From the NCBI GenBank assembly GCA_002633005.1, contig NMRA01000715.1, forward strand, positions 120,776 through 184,775: a stretch of 64,000 nt of DNA. Reading direction: 5' to 3'. Source of the DNA: Phoronis australis (taxonomy: Eukaryota > Animalia > Phoronida). Shown in pieces: positions 35,867-49,426 of this stretch; the first letter of the stretch is position 1, and every line of letters starts with the position of its first letter. The notes beneath the pieces are model-generated. The model was given only the letters and a program-made list of their open reading frames with translations. It ran no database searches and was not told the origin of the DNA. The translations under genes and the position numbers were made by a program.

Positions 35867-36502
35867 AACCAATAGTGATATTTAAAACGGTTTCCTTCCT
35901 CTTCAAATTTTGCCGTGTTTTTTGATATAGTTTTACAGATCACGTATTTATTTAATTCGGTGTCACTTTGAGAAGTATAACTGTCTTTAACTTGAATTGT
36001 GAAACCACTACATGAAGTCCGTTAGATCTGCGTTTTTTGTAAAGTAATTTACTCTACAAATCTTCTTTTGAACTTTACCTGTCATCCCAGGTCCAGTATT
36101 TAGTTTTTAAAAATGTTTTGCGTCTTATAACTTCAAACTTTGCCGTTAGTTTTAACTTTTTTATAGAATTGTATTATTCTCACTTTGCTTACTTCCAAAA
36201 TTTAACTTGGTTTGAGTTATAATTAGTTATAATTTAATTTATTTGCGCTGTCTTAATATTAGTGGTCTCTGATTTTAAAGATATCACTAAATTGGCTTGC
36301 AATGGGCACACAAAAGTACCCTTGATGTTAATCTGTTTGTTACATGGTTCCGAAAATTTGTAAAACATATTTGGGGTGTATACTACAGGATTTATACAGG
36401 GTACATGTAAATTCCCCGGCTCGCTTGGTAAAAAGTACCGCACAACTGTGCCACGTCGACGGAAAGCGTTACAGCGACTGCTTGATATTTTTTCAGATCG
36501 TC

Positions 36503-38117
36503 TTTTATGCGCCACATATTTATAATTATGTGGACACATTATGCCGTCATCTCTGTCCGTCCGTCCGTTCCTCCGTCTGTTCGGCGTCCGTCCGGCGTCC
36601 GCTGCTCTATCTCCACAACCAGTTGACGTACGTTCATGAAATTTTGCGTTGTGTTCCTTTCATAGATGGGACGGCATGAGCGAAGTTTTGGATGGATCCA
36701 ACTACCGGTGTGCCCCCTAGTGGCAATTTTAGTTTTTTACGTTTACCTCTGTATCTTCAAAGGTCCTCAACATATTTTCACAAAATTTGATATTTGCTGT
36801 ACATGTACATGTAGGCATCTGTTAGTGAGACGACGGTATCTTCCGGTTTTCGGATGCATTTGACGTATTTTGCACCACCTAGTGGCCATTTTTACTCTTT
36901 TCGAGTCTGTTTTTTAGGGTCCGCCCCTCTTTGAAACTAAACGCTCTGAGCATGGTTCTGAAAATTGGCATGTATGTTCGTACTTTGAAGAGGACGGCTT
37001 CGACTACTGTGGCGCCTCCTGGTGGCAGTTTTTTTTTGCGCCTATGTCTCTATCACCTAAACCGTTTGTAGGATCTTCACTAAATTTAGTAAGTGCGTAT
37101 ATATGATGATGACAACGGACGACGATGACTTTTGGACAGATCTGACTACTGGTGTGCCACCTAGTGGCAATTTTATTTTTTTCCTTTTACCTCTGTATAT
37201 TCAAAGGTCCTCAACGTATTTTCTTAAAATTTGGTGTACATGCTTCTGTTAGTCAGATGACGCTATATTTTCGTTTTCAGGTGTATTCGACCTAGTTTGC
37301 GCCACCTAGTGGCCATAATTACTGTTTTTGAGTCTGTTTTTTGGCGCCTCCTAGTGGCAGTTTCGTTTTTTTTTTCTCTGAAACCGTTTGCAGGATCTTT
37401 ACTAAATTTAACAAGTGTGGTTATATGATGTTGGCAACGGACGACGACGATTTTCGAATGGATCTGACGACTGGTGTGCCCTCTGGTGGGAATTTTAGTT
37501 TCACGTTTACCTCTGTATCCTCAACGGATTTTGATAAAATTTTGAATACGGGCATCTATTGGTGAGGTGACGCCATCCCCCCGTTTTCCGACCTAGTGGC
37601 CATTTTTGCTGTTTTCGAGTCTGTTTTTTTGCGTCTATCCCTCTATCAACCAAATGATTCTGAGGATGATTTTGAAAATTGGCGTATGTGCTCTCAGTGT
37701 GAAGAGGACGGTTGACGATGAAAACTTTGACTACTGTGACGCCTCCTAGTGGTACTTTTGTTTTGTTTTGCGCCCATAGCTGTATCTCCTAAACCCACTG
37801 CCGGATCTTTATTAAGTTTAATTTGTAAGTGTATGTATATGAAGCTAACAGGCGGATCCAATGAACAGTGTGCTTCCTAGTGGCAATTTCATTTTATTTT
37901 ATTCTGTTTTCCTTTGTTTCTCTGAAGTTCTGCGACGGATTTCTATCTTTGGTGTATAGCTTTCTATTAAAAAAGGAATGACATGTTCCCGTTTTCGGAT
38001 GGATTGTACGTTTTTCGCCGTCTAGCGGCCATTTTCTGACACAAATAAACAACCCTAAAAGCACACCATTTGCGATGCATTCGTTGGCGCATTTCAACGC
38101 TCCGCGTTGCTCTTGTT
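36503..38117 (+). mobile_element. Helentron-associated non-autonomous element (HINE / DINE-1 / pearl-like), copy 2
   Basis: 5' ttttatgcgcc + hairpin ccacata..tatgtgg + (gtcc)n. Internal ~140-160-bp tandem units. 3' subTIR ggcgcat (38086-92), 3' palindrome caacgc-tcc-gcgttg, terminal cttgtt. Confidence 0.82.
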
Positions 38118-40574
38118 AATCTCAAGAAGCGCCATCTATTAAACAAATTCACTTTGCAAAATCAGCCTCGTGCTGCGCGATGGCAAAAGTTCAGTTTGGC
38201 CGAGTGGTTTTAACCCACATGAAGTAAATTCCCTTCCTCCTCAGTCATTTTGCTATCATCAAGAAATCTCTTATCAGTTAACTATTTTGTAAATACCACA
38301 TCTCATTTGTAAGTCTTCAAACTGTCATTACCCGTTCACGGATAATTAGCCCGGCGTGACTGATATCTGGTTTTATAATTTTCACCACGTGTACTGTTGC
38401 TTAATTCCTACCTTCATGTGCAGTAACACTGAACAAATGTTCTCAATTTCTGGTTTCTACGTGCATGGTTGGCATTTTTGTTAAATGTCAACATTTCGGG
38501 AATTTTTGTAGAAAGTTGCCAAAAAATTCGAATCGAAATTACGTGAATTTGGTTTTAGACCGACAACCAGCTGCTGACTAATTTAATCACGTTTTATCGA
38601 ATGAAATTCAATAGCGGCGGTATTATATTAGTGATCCTGTTGTCATTAAGACGAATAGAATCGTGTTTGATAATTAGATTGATTACTGGTATTGTTAATT
38701 TAAATTGCACAGCGAGCACACGGAAAGACATTTTTCCATTGAACTCTTTAGTAATTGCTTATTACAAATACTACTGGGAGGCAAAATACATTTTGTTCAT
38801 AAAACCGGTATAGATCAGCGTTCACAGGGGGCGCTTCGATTGTCTGCGGACAAAAGTATTTCAAAATTTGTATTTCACGGTTTGAATTTTCATTGTTTAT
38901 AGTTTCAGGTTTGTGCACAACTTTGTGTGTATTTACACAGTTCTACGTTTGCTGTAACAGTAATCTTCAATAGTAAATTGTCTTGACTAAAGCTGTTCTT
39001 CATCAGCTCGAACTGTGTACTCGTTCGGTTTTGTGAACGTCAGACAATTAAACGGTTTTAAAAAAGGAGTCATTGTGTGGCGATCAGAGCTATCATGTTT
39101 AGGCTATGTGTACCAGCCTTAATGATTTTCTTAATGATCCATGACGTGCACCGGATCTTTTTTCTTCGGTTAATGTTATAAGTAACAATAATAGCCGTTT
39201 GAGACAAGCTGGGAAATAGTAGCCCATCTGTGGAACCTCAGTTGTAATTGACTTTTCCGAGTTCGGAGAATTGGTTTTGCGTCAAACGATGAATTCTTGA
39301 ATTTCCCTCATTGCAACTCGCAAAATGGAAGGCATGAATCCGCCAGGTGTCAGACATTTGTTGTGCGCTGTCAATCGTAGCGATTTTTTACACTGTGGCA
39401 TTTTGATATTTTTTTCTGGAAAAGTTCAGAGCAATTTCACTAACAGAGAACTATAGGATCGATCTGGCACGAAACATCCCGTCTGCCAGACAGTGACACC
39501 TGTTGGCGTCACCTTCACGACTTAGCACCTGGACTTGTAATGTCACTGTGTAATGAATCTATGGAACTCCGGTCCTGCTACTTTGGACACATACACATAT
39601 CATCTGATTCCTAATAATGCGCGTATTAAACTTGCCGTGCACCCGCCCTATTTATTACGTTTAACCAACGCGAAGTACTGATTTGATCACGTGGTATATG
39701 ATGTGAACACCCAGACGAGTAAGTTGCATTGACACGCATCACCTGAGCAGACTTGACTTTAGTCGTAAGTCGTCCATGAACTGTAGGAGAACATTTCGTG
39801 AGTACTTTCACATGGTAATTTGTGTTTTTCCTGTATAACTAAAAGAAATATTTGTAACCCATTGCTTAAAAAGTGTCCATGTTTAAGGCCGTATAATTTT
39901 TCGGAAAAGGAGTTTATGAATTAAAATTGTCACATGTGTTGAGCTGTAAATGACGACATAAACAGCTGCATTAGCCAATCACAGACAGGATTCTCCCCAT
40001 GATAGATGGAGACTACTCTACCTCGGGTACCAGAATAAGAAACCATTGATGGACTACTTTTTAAATACCTTTAAAACGGTTTACCGCAAATTACTTAATT
40101 AAGCTTAAATCTGGTCATGAAAGGTAGACAATAAAATTCTGTTTTTATGCCAAACGTACATCAGGGTCTTATTTTCGTAGTGTAAGTTTCCAGGAGTTTG
40201 AAAATTTAATGCAGGGGTTGAGGACTCGTAAAGAGTTCGCTTGAGTTAGGAAATTGTGTTGATTTCTGTTTCTTTTTAAAAAAACTTTGTCTGATTGAAA
40301 GGCCATCATTTGGAAGTTCATTTTATTTTAACAAGTTTGGAATAATATTTATTTTGTGCAGGTTTATATTTTAATGAATACAAAAAGTGTTTTGTGGTCA
40401 GTGTCGGATTTTGGCCTGAATTGTGAAAATCAATTTTAAGTTAAAATCTCGGTACAGAAATCTCACTGCTGATTAATTTCCTAAATAATTAATCACGCGT
40501 AATTGACGAATTGATTGACATGTGCCCAACGTAATGAATTTTGTTGTTTTTTCAAATGATTACTAATGCTTACA

Positions 40575-40743
40575 ACAGGTATAGCCATGGTCACGAAAGG
40601 TATGGCCATGGTTACGGCGGGTATGGCCATGGTCACGCCACAGGCATGGCCATGTTACGACAGGTATGGCCATGGTTACGACAGGTATGGCCATGTTACG
40701 ACAGGTATGGCCATGGTTACAACAGGTATGGTCATGGTTACAT
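40575..40743. repeat. ~21-bp minisatellite x~8
   Basis: gacaggtatggccatggttac unit with length variants. Confidence 0.92.
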
Positions 40744-42559
40744 GTACGTAATGAGGCTAATTAGTCTTAGTTGAAGTTTATCAACTCACCAAGCGTAGTT
40801 CTATTGGTGTGCTATTTATAGAGGCATACATAAAAACCGTTGTTACCAAGACTACTTTTAACAAATATATTACTGAAAACATACTTTGCCATGAACATTG
40901 TTTGAAAAGCGTCGATTCTTATTTAGCTTTACGAGAAGACAATTTCCATTACGTCTAAATGTAATACTATTATTGAGCAATAGTCAACAGTTTAGGGGTG
41001 CAATTCTAATAACTGGTTAATCGTATGATCCAAAAATATTTTGGGCAATACAGGGCCACGACAGTAATCAATGTCTGTCGACTACATGCTGCATTTTACA
41101 CGTGCTTATGTACTTATATTCACTTCATGGTTAGACACTGATGACATTTGGCGTTCGCATGTAGATGTCAACGCTGACATTTGGAGCTGACGGCTAATTC
41201 CAAATTGATGCATTTAAGCTAAATCACTGTTCTGTGCTTGAAACATCTTGATATTTAATTACTAGCAACTGAAGAAAAGCATTTCACAATTACTCTTAAT
41301 CGTATGCCAGAGAACTGTCGTGGGAAGACAACCACCTATGCTTGCGCACCGATTGTCACAGTTGTCTCAGTAGCCGTGCTCAGTAGCCTACCTAACTCAC
41401 TAAACTTGAACCGCCACGACTCCGTTAAAATTCACATCCGAAATGAGTTGATGCTTACCCCCATCTTCTTGTGGGGTCTTGTTGGGTGACCATGTTGTGT
41501 TTACTTTTTATGTTCTAACAATCAATTTCGCCCAACCCTACAGTCGTGCGATTAATTGTCTTAATTACCCATTGTTGTTAAATCGGTCGACTTACTGCAG
41601 CGCACGTTGCACAAATCCACCGTTTGTGCTACCCGGGGGCGGTGACGTTGTCTGGTCACAGCTTGCTGGCCGGAAGTACTAACCAGTTCACAATGTTCGT
41701 TAACCCTGCCTTATTTGTCACATGTTATTGCAGTAAATGAAAGTACGCTGCGGTTGATGGTTAGCAAAGATACCGTACCTCTGAGTTCCATGTGAGACCG
41801 GCCAGGATAAGAAAGGAATACACTTGTTTGAGTGGTATTTTGTATTTACTTGTCAAATGAAATATCACGAGATGTTCTGGTGCAACTTCGACCAAGCACT
41901 GCCACCTTCAGGTGTACCAACTAAGTAGTCTTAATGTTATACATTGTACATGTATTTGTAGCACTGTAACCATGATCGTCTTAACTGTATCATGCAGATA
42001 CTACATGTAATGGGAACTTGCCCCGGGGCCACACGACCACTGGGCCTCCACGACGATCCATGTTCGATTGGACTTGTGGTCATAGTTAGTCTAATGATAA
42101 AAACTTACTCACCGGATTTACTACTGAACAAACCCGGAGGCTACAATTAGTGGCGCGCTCACACAAATCACCACCAGGGCCCCCGCGTTGTAGTCACACT
42201 GTGACCCCGCACAACTGTATCGCAGTGTTTAGAAAACCTTACATGTACGTTATTTTTGTTTGTAGAGTTGCGTTCACAGAAATTTCTTCGAGAGTGCGAC
42301 TCTTCACATATAAAAATTGTGTGTTCAGAGGCAGTCGGTGGTAATCGCTAAAGACATGCATAGAATCTTTTCCAACAGACACTTCAATTGTTTTAATTAT
42401 GAATTATGAGACGTTAATAATGTAACCTCGAAAAGGGAGTTGTTCATAATAACGCTTCCACTACTTTTGTGTTTTGGCCTTGAAACTGCTGTTGTTTACG
42501 CCATATGATGCGAGTCTGGTATTTGCCGGAAGTTCAGTGTTTAAAAATTCGCTGAACAA

Positions 42560-43825
42560 AAGGAGTTCCATCGAAATTAGAACCCCAGAATAAAACAGAC
42601 TTTTCGGAGTCGAAAACAGACTCCCACACCTTCAAAACAACTAACCAGTCCGAAAAACACGAAGCTCGAACTTTAAACTACAGCAAGCTCGGGGATCGGA
42701 CAGTACATCCGGGTACCGAAACACCGCTCCTGCACTTTTTTCAAACTGATTGTTTGTATCAAGAAAATAGTACCGTAGTATCTATAAAGTGCTTTCTCAG
42801 TGTTCATACGGCATGTATCGATTTCACATTTTGATGGAAACAATTCCTGTTTTAAATGCCGGTGGTTGTGATATGTTGTTTTACTATATGAGAATTTTTG
42901 ACAACGTGTGAACGATTGGCCAGTAGCTCAACCGTTATTCTACTGCTAAGTTTGTGGTGCGATCTTTTGCACCGGCTTTCAGCGCCGTGAAATAGTGCGT
43001 CACCTATTGGCCATTTTTCCTCCAATTCTGCGATCAACTGTTCATCTTCCACGAGGTTGCGTACACTGCCACAACATATCGGAACTGGGTTCATTTCCTT
43101 ACAAGTTTTAATACCAGCAAACCGAATTTCAGAACAATTTTTGCAGCAGTGATCCGCCAAAAAGAGTGAATACAGTGAGAAGTGTTGAAGTGTACTTTTT
43201 TGAAAGCAAAAACGGTGAAATCAGCGACGTTGCTGGTCTTTTGAGTGAATAATTCTACTCGGTCTATTTCCAAATCCGGAAATTGGTTGTGCCGGAAATA
43301 ATGTACATGTACTCTCCTCAAGTAAATCGACGAACCTTAAAATGCGGCTAGTTGTGAAAACATTTAAAGAAATTAATCAACAATGGCACTAGAAAGCCGA
43401 AATAATATTTATGTTTTTCATTTTCGAAAACATTTTATTCGGAAAAAACTATTGAATAATCGGAAACTTACTACTGAAATATTGACCGAGATAACGTGTT
43501 GAGAGTATATATCATGTTGAAATTCGCCCGCAGACAAATTGCACGAGTTTTACCGATAAAAATTAAATAACGAAGTCAATATAATATAAGTTACATTTTC
43601 TGTTAACAAAATTTAACAAATAACTGCAGAAAATAACTGGAAAGTACTTGTAGATGCTTTAATTCAAAGTTTGAGGCTGCAGACATCGTCTCAGAAAATT
43701 TGAAAAATTGTCCTGTTAGGGTTTTTCTTTTTGGGCTGCTTAGCTGTTTTCAAGGTATGGGAGTCTGTTTTCTACTTCAGGATACCTGTTTTACACCGGG
43801 ATTCCAATTTCGATGGAACACCCTG
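42560..43825. mobile_element. Internally deleted DNA transposon with ~100-bp imperfect TIRs
   Basis: ggagttccatcgaaattagaacccc..aaaacagactcccacaccttcaaaaca (42561-42660) is the imperfect reverse complement of 43720-43823 (right end reads cagggtgttccatcgaaattgg on minus). Short Cys-containing minus ORFs lie inside. Confidence 0.75.
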
Positions 43826-45005
43826 AGACTCAAGTCGACCGTTTGGAGTTGAGCATACACCTACGCAGCGCGTGCGCACTTCTGATGTAGAAAACTAGGT
43901 ACAGGGTAAACAAGCCATCTTGACATTGTCGCTATGGGAACCCAATTATAAAATGCAGATTTCTCTTAAAAGAACGGGCAAATGGCGAAACTAGCGCTTG
44001 ATAACAAATATATGTCACCGGCAATCGAGGTTGTACTGACGCAGAAGTGCACAGATTATTCATGAAGTTAATTTTTATCTCCCGGTTCTTGACTTCGCTG
44101 GTCAACCGATGTCAAGACGATCGGTGAAAGCCACAAACAATTTGCAACTGCAAGAAGTGAATGTTTCATGCAAATGCTTTGTTTACTCCACATAAAAACG
44201 TTATGAACAGTGTTGAGTGACTTGATATGGGGCAATCAGAAACTCAATTCAAATGCAGTCTCTAAATTACGTTGAGACTTGTGGAAAGGTCTGTCTTAGG
44301 TCACGTGTCCATCATCGCTATTTTGAGATCTAATTCCATCATTTGTTTCAATTGCAGATTACACTCCATCACTGGTTCCGTCTTACTGTTGTCAAAACAA
44401 TAGGAAATAAGATTCAAATACTAATTACTGCCATATGTGTTTAATTGTTTTTATGCAATTAGTTAATGATCCTATTACATCATTTGCTTTTATGAAATGA
44501 CTCACGCATGAGTGACGCCTCAACAAATATGCAGTAAAATCTCACAGATTAAATCTGAAATAATTATCAAACTTGGCCCACTTGTTCGTTTTCGGAAAGT
44601 TTCTGTACTGTATATTGGATTGGTGTCCACCAGCCTCGTCTCCAAGCCTCAAGATGACGCTGGGTGTCCACAAGTTCTCAAAACCTTGTTGGTGGCAAGG
44701 GTAGGGAACTTAAACATGGTCAGAATTTATTTGGTACCGCCCATCTTCAATAGTAAGTTTGGAAAACTGAAAACTCTCTAGTCCGCCGTATTCTGTTCTA
44801 AAACGGTGAGGTCGGAGTAGCTTTCCGAGACATCGAACTCGAAATTATTTAGAACAGCTGTATGTTACGGACGATGTAAAGGAGTGAGAAGTCCAGATTC
44901 GCACTTGATAACCCTACTAGATTCTAGCTACTAACTCTTCTAAAAACTCTAGATTTCGAGCTCCTCCTCGAACTCATAGCTTTAATTTTGGAGTTATGTG
45001 GAATA

Positions 45006-45263
45006 CATGCGCGCACCCGGGGGGGGGGAGCTCGAACGAGCCCCCATTTGGCGAAGTGGGCAAGACTGAGGTCCGCTTGTGAGAAAAAAAAGTCCGAGTA
45101 AATGAGACAAAAGTCCCCTAAACAAGCACAAACGCGCAATTCACAGTGGTGCACCCGGTTTTTTTGTTTTTTTTTTATTTTAGTCCGCCGGCTATTTTGT
45201 AACCAAGAGGTCCACTACATTAGGAATTCGAGCCCCCCATATTGAAGGCTGGGTGCGCGCATG
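45006..45263. mobile_element. MITE with CA..TG termini and 5-bp TSD (GAATA)
   Basis: TIR catgcgcgcaccc / gggtgcgcgcatg, gaata at 45001-05 and 45264-68, internal cgagccccc repeats. Confidence 0.88.
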
Positions 45264-48200
45264 GAATAAAGGGTTGCGCAACCAATCACGTAAATCGTAA
45301 TATACCCGAGCACATAATAATGGAGAAGTATTTTGATTGCGTAGTGAAGTAGAACAGAAACCCTTAAAAATGAGTTCGAGTTTGAATCCGAGTAAAACCA
45401 ATAGACCCCAGACCCAGTGCCAGGTTGCATGAATAATTTCCAAATGTCGACAAACGTCCGTAATCTGTGGCTCGTTCGTGTCTTTGTTAAATAAAACATG
45501 TTATGTTTTTTCAACTATCTTATCTTTATTCTGAGCTCTGCTGACCAAGGACACTTTGATATAATACATATGAAAACTTGTTTCAATTAAATAGGAAATA
45601 ATTTCTTAAATTAGGAGCTACATGTATGCATGAAAATTCCTTATTTATTTTCAATAACATGGAAAGTTCAATGCAGAGGAAGTGACGAAGATAAAACAGC
45701 AGTAGAACGACTAAACAGTGCTTGAACAAGTCGACAAATGTGATGCAAAGTTAGGGAACCCACATGTAGCTTAGAGCCGATTTGGGACTGTTTCGTTCAA
45801 CCGCGGCCACAGATATGTACGTCTGAGCTTGATAGAGTTTGTCAGGGTAGACCTGACGTATTCAAAACATCCCTGTTCAGCTGAATGTGTATTGTCAATG
45901 TTTGTTATTCTACCTACCCTAACACACAGGTGTTTAAAGATAACAGGAATGGCCGAGGCGGTAAATTAATTACAGTGTTTGACCAACAAATGTTTGTGGT
46001 GTTGTGTTGGCGTGTCTTTTACAATAAGAACTTGACAACTGGGGTCAGCGGAGGTGAGGAATTTTGTATATGTCGCCGGTAAGGCACAGTCAACAGCAGA
46101 AGCGCGCTCGTGGCGGAGAACGACAGGAGATAAATATATCCATTTTCACAACGCCTGCGCTGTGCATGTGTGTGTGTGTGATACCAATTACATTAATTTC
46201 CAAATTATTAGCACACCATAACTCACTGGACACTTCACTGCCGTTCGTTGAATTTTAACATCGACAAACAGGCGGTATTTATGACCCATAGTCAGTTTAC
46301 ATGAGCGATGTAAAAACTAACCTAAAATCTTGCCTTGTCATCAGTCGCTATTTTCGTCAGAATTTTTTAGTGCGCCATGTGTTACATTTTGCACATCGGA
46401 AATATATTTGCATGCCCGAAGAAGATTCCATTAGTAACTAATTTCCTATAAGAAGTATTGGTATTGTATTTGGTGCATTTGAGTATCATTCTGGCCGGCT
46501 ATCGATCCTTAATGTTAATATACTAGTGCAAATGAATTCATTCGCTAATGGACCGGCATCAAAATAGATTATGCTTTTAGAGGGAATACTTGAATGTAAA
46601 TCAGTGACAACACTTCTCAGTAAAGAATTTAACGGCTATTATGTATTTTGTGATTCATGTGTGAACATTTCTGCATTAGCCCCTTTTTAGTGAAAAGACC
46701 GCCCGCACCCATTGTAACGCATTTTCTGTCCAAAGCCGGGACCATACGAAGTCGATTAGTGTCTGTTGGCCGGACGGGCGGAGTGTCATTTGTGGCCAAA
46801 ATAGTTTAATGTAGTTCCACAAGATGTCACTGAGGTAAGATATGTTTGCAATTTAAACTAAAACTTCTCGTGATACTCCTGAATTTGCTATTTCCTAATA
46901 TACGTCGCCATAGGATCGCGTTCTGTTCCCCATTGTAGTCTTTGCGAAACCACTATATCTGGTTTAAACAATGCCTAAACAAACGTGCGCTCAAAGAAAT
47001 ATTAGAAGCAACTATTACGATAATGTCTAGGAACAATTAGTGTAACGTTACCAACGTCAAGACCTCCCTGGTAGGTGGTTAATGTAGAGGTTAAATTCAT
47101 GAATAAAGTGTAAATTTAATATTAATAAGTCTCTGACTCAAAGTTTTCTTGGAAGCCATGTGTGTCTTCAGCCATCGGTAGGCGTTAGTAAGATTAGAGG
47201 GCTCCGAGAGTCAGCACGGACCGAGGAGTATAGAATTTCGTATTCTAAACAAATGGTTTTCCTTCTGAAATTCGCCCTAGCTAACTTAAAGATCTGCGCG
47301 TGCAAAATGACTGAGATGTTGGTTTCCTCCTCAACCTTCTTGAAAATGGCAATGTGGTAGTGGAATAATTAGTTTACTTGTCTTATGGAATTTATATATG
47401 TCCATTGAACGTAAGTCTGGCGAATGTCACTTTATCGTCATCGCATAACGGTCTTTGTTACCTGACTGACGAACGGATGAAGGTTCAATTGACAACAGCC
47501 TGGAACTCGATAAATGCTGGTGGAGGGTGGCGATTAAGACAGAACAGCGCCCACACTTCATGTACTCTGCACAACCGCGATTGTGTGTTTTAGGGTGTTT
47601 TTTATTTACTCAATCATAAACAGTTATTATTTTGTGTTTATTTATTTGCTCACCGCAAAAGCATTACAATTTCAGCTAATTATTGGGATCACTGGGCAAG
47701 AGCATGCCCGAAGCCGATCCACCCTCCGTTGCGTGGTAGATTGTGGCGTTCAGTTCAGAAGCTGTGGAGTGAACAACGTTTATCAAAGCTGTAATCTTTA
47801 TATAAACTCTAAACATGATAACAACACTTCAATGTCTTCCTCCATACATGGCAAAGGAAATAATGAGACTGAATGCGTCTTTTATTCGCGGCAATTCACT
47901 CGTAAAATTCATTTTTTAAGCCGCCGATGATTCAGTGCGCTCGAGTCTACGATTGACGGCCTAAACAAAAAGAATATCCTCGACGCCTGCGTTTGTGCTT
48001 AACGAACCAAGCACTGTTGTTTTCGATTTATTAGAAAGACTTACTCAGATAATTAGACCGATATCGTGTATCGTGCATACTGCTATCACCGTGAGTGGTC
48101 GTTGCTTTTACCGTCAAGTGATTAGTGTGCAAGTTGTCCGTGCATTGTTGAGGTGTACTACAGTAGTTTCGTTCCAAAGGCGTTTATCACGTGAGTTTTT

Positions 48201-49091
48201 TAATTTGACTAGAGAAAACGTTGATTGGTAATAATATAGATTTTGATGAAAATTTCAGCCAACGGTGGCCCATCAACCAGTTTCGGAGTTCTTGAGAAAT
48301 TGCTCTCGGTAGAAAACGTTTTTGTAAGCGACCAGCAATTTAAACTCGACGGTGGTGGTACTCCTATAGTCCGTTTGTGACGTGCCACTCACCGGGCTGA
48401 CTTTTCACGACCAGTTTTTCCACAATAGAGTACCATTTCCGACAAAACTCTCGGTTCATTTCCCTCCAAAGGGCCCAACATTTAAATAGTAGGATACTCT
48501 AGACAACGTTTCCTATCCAATTTTAAAACTCAATGGAAATTTTTTACTATAACTTCGGTCGTTTTAGGCTCAATGGGTTAAAAAATAGCAGCCCAAGAAT
48601 CCCCGTGAATTGACCCTTACTAAAGGGTTGAGTTCCAACAACAAATGGTGGCATTTTCATCGAAGCTCCTTTCAAACGGGTCACTTCTTCCGAGCCCACT
48701 CTCGAAATGGGTGGGTTTCCTATTTTACAGCTGCCACCGTCAAAAACATAGCCGGGTATAAAATGGTGAAAAGTGACTAAACTTGGCATGATCGCCTGAA
48801 GAGAAACAAGCGACATCTAGTATGATACGCACAAGTTTTATGTATCGTGGCGATTTCTAATTAGCACTACTTATTGGTTAGTATTTTGTTTTTGAGTATC
48901 ATTAATTAGTTCCTGTAAACCCTGAGTCAGTGACTGTAGCTCTAGGCCAGTGCGTGCGTACCTGGAGCGGTAATAGATATTTTCATTTATGTTCTTGGAT
49001 ACAATTAGACAGTTTTAGTTGTAGAATTATTTTAAAACATAGTTGCGAAGTGTTTTCATCTGGAACTGCCTCTCACTCTGTTTATCTCGCG

Positions 49092-49426
49092 AAATGGTCA
49101 GTTTGTCCAATCGCATCTTGTAGCAAATGGTCAGTTTGTCCAATCGCATCTTGTAGCAAATGGTCAGTTTGTCCAATCGTATCTTGTAGCAAATAGTCAG
49201 TTTGTCCAATCGCATATTGTAGCAAATGGTCAGTTTGTCCAATCGCATCTTTTAGCAAATGGTCAGTGTGTCCAATCGCATCTTGTAGTAAATGGTCAGT
49301 TTGTACAATGGCATCTTGTAGAAAATGGTCAGTTTGTCCAACCGCATCTTGTAGTAAATGGTCAGTTTGTCCAAGGGCATCTTGTAGCAAATGGTCAGTT
49401 TGTCCAATCGCATCTTGTAGCAAATG
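49092..49426. repeat. 33-bp minisatellite x~10
   Basis: aaatggtcagtttgtccaatcgcatcttgtagc unit. Confidence 0.96.

Noticed and set aside
40541-40774. Gly-His-Tyr-rich ORF (YDRYGHG)n resembling a matrix or cuticle protein
   Set aside because: Units of non-triplet length break the frame, and there is no signal peptide or splice support. Best read as a minisatellite.
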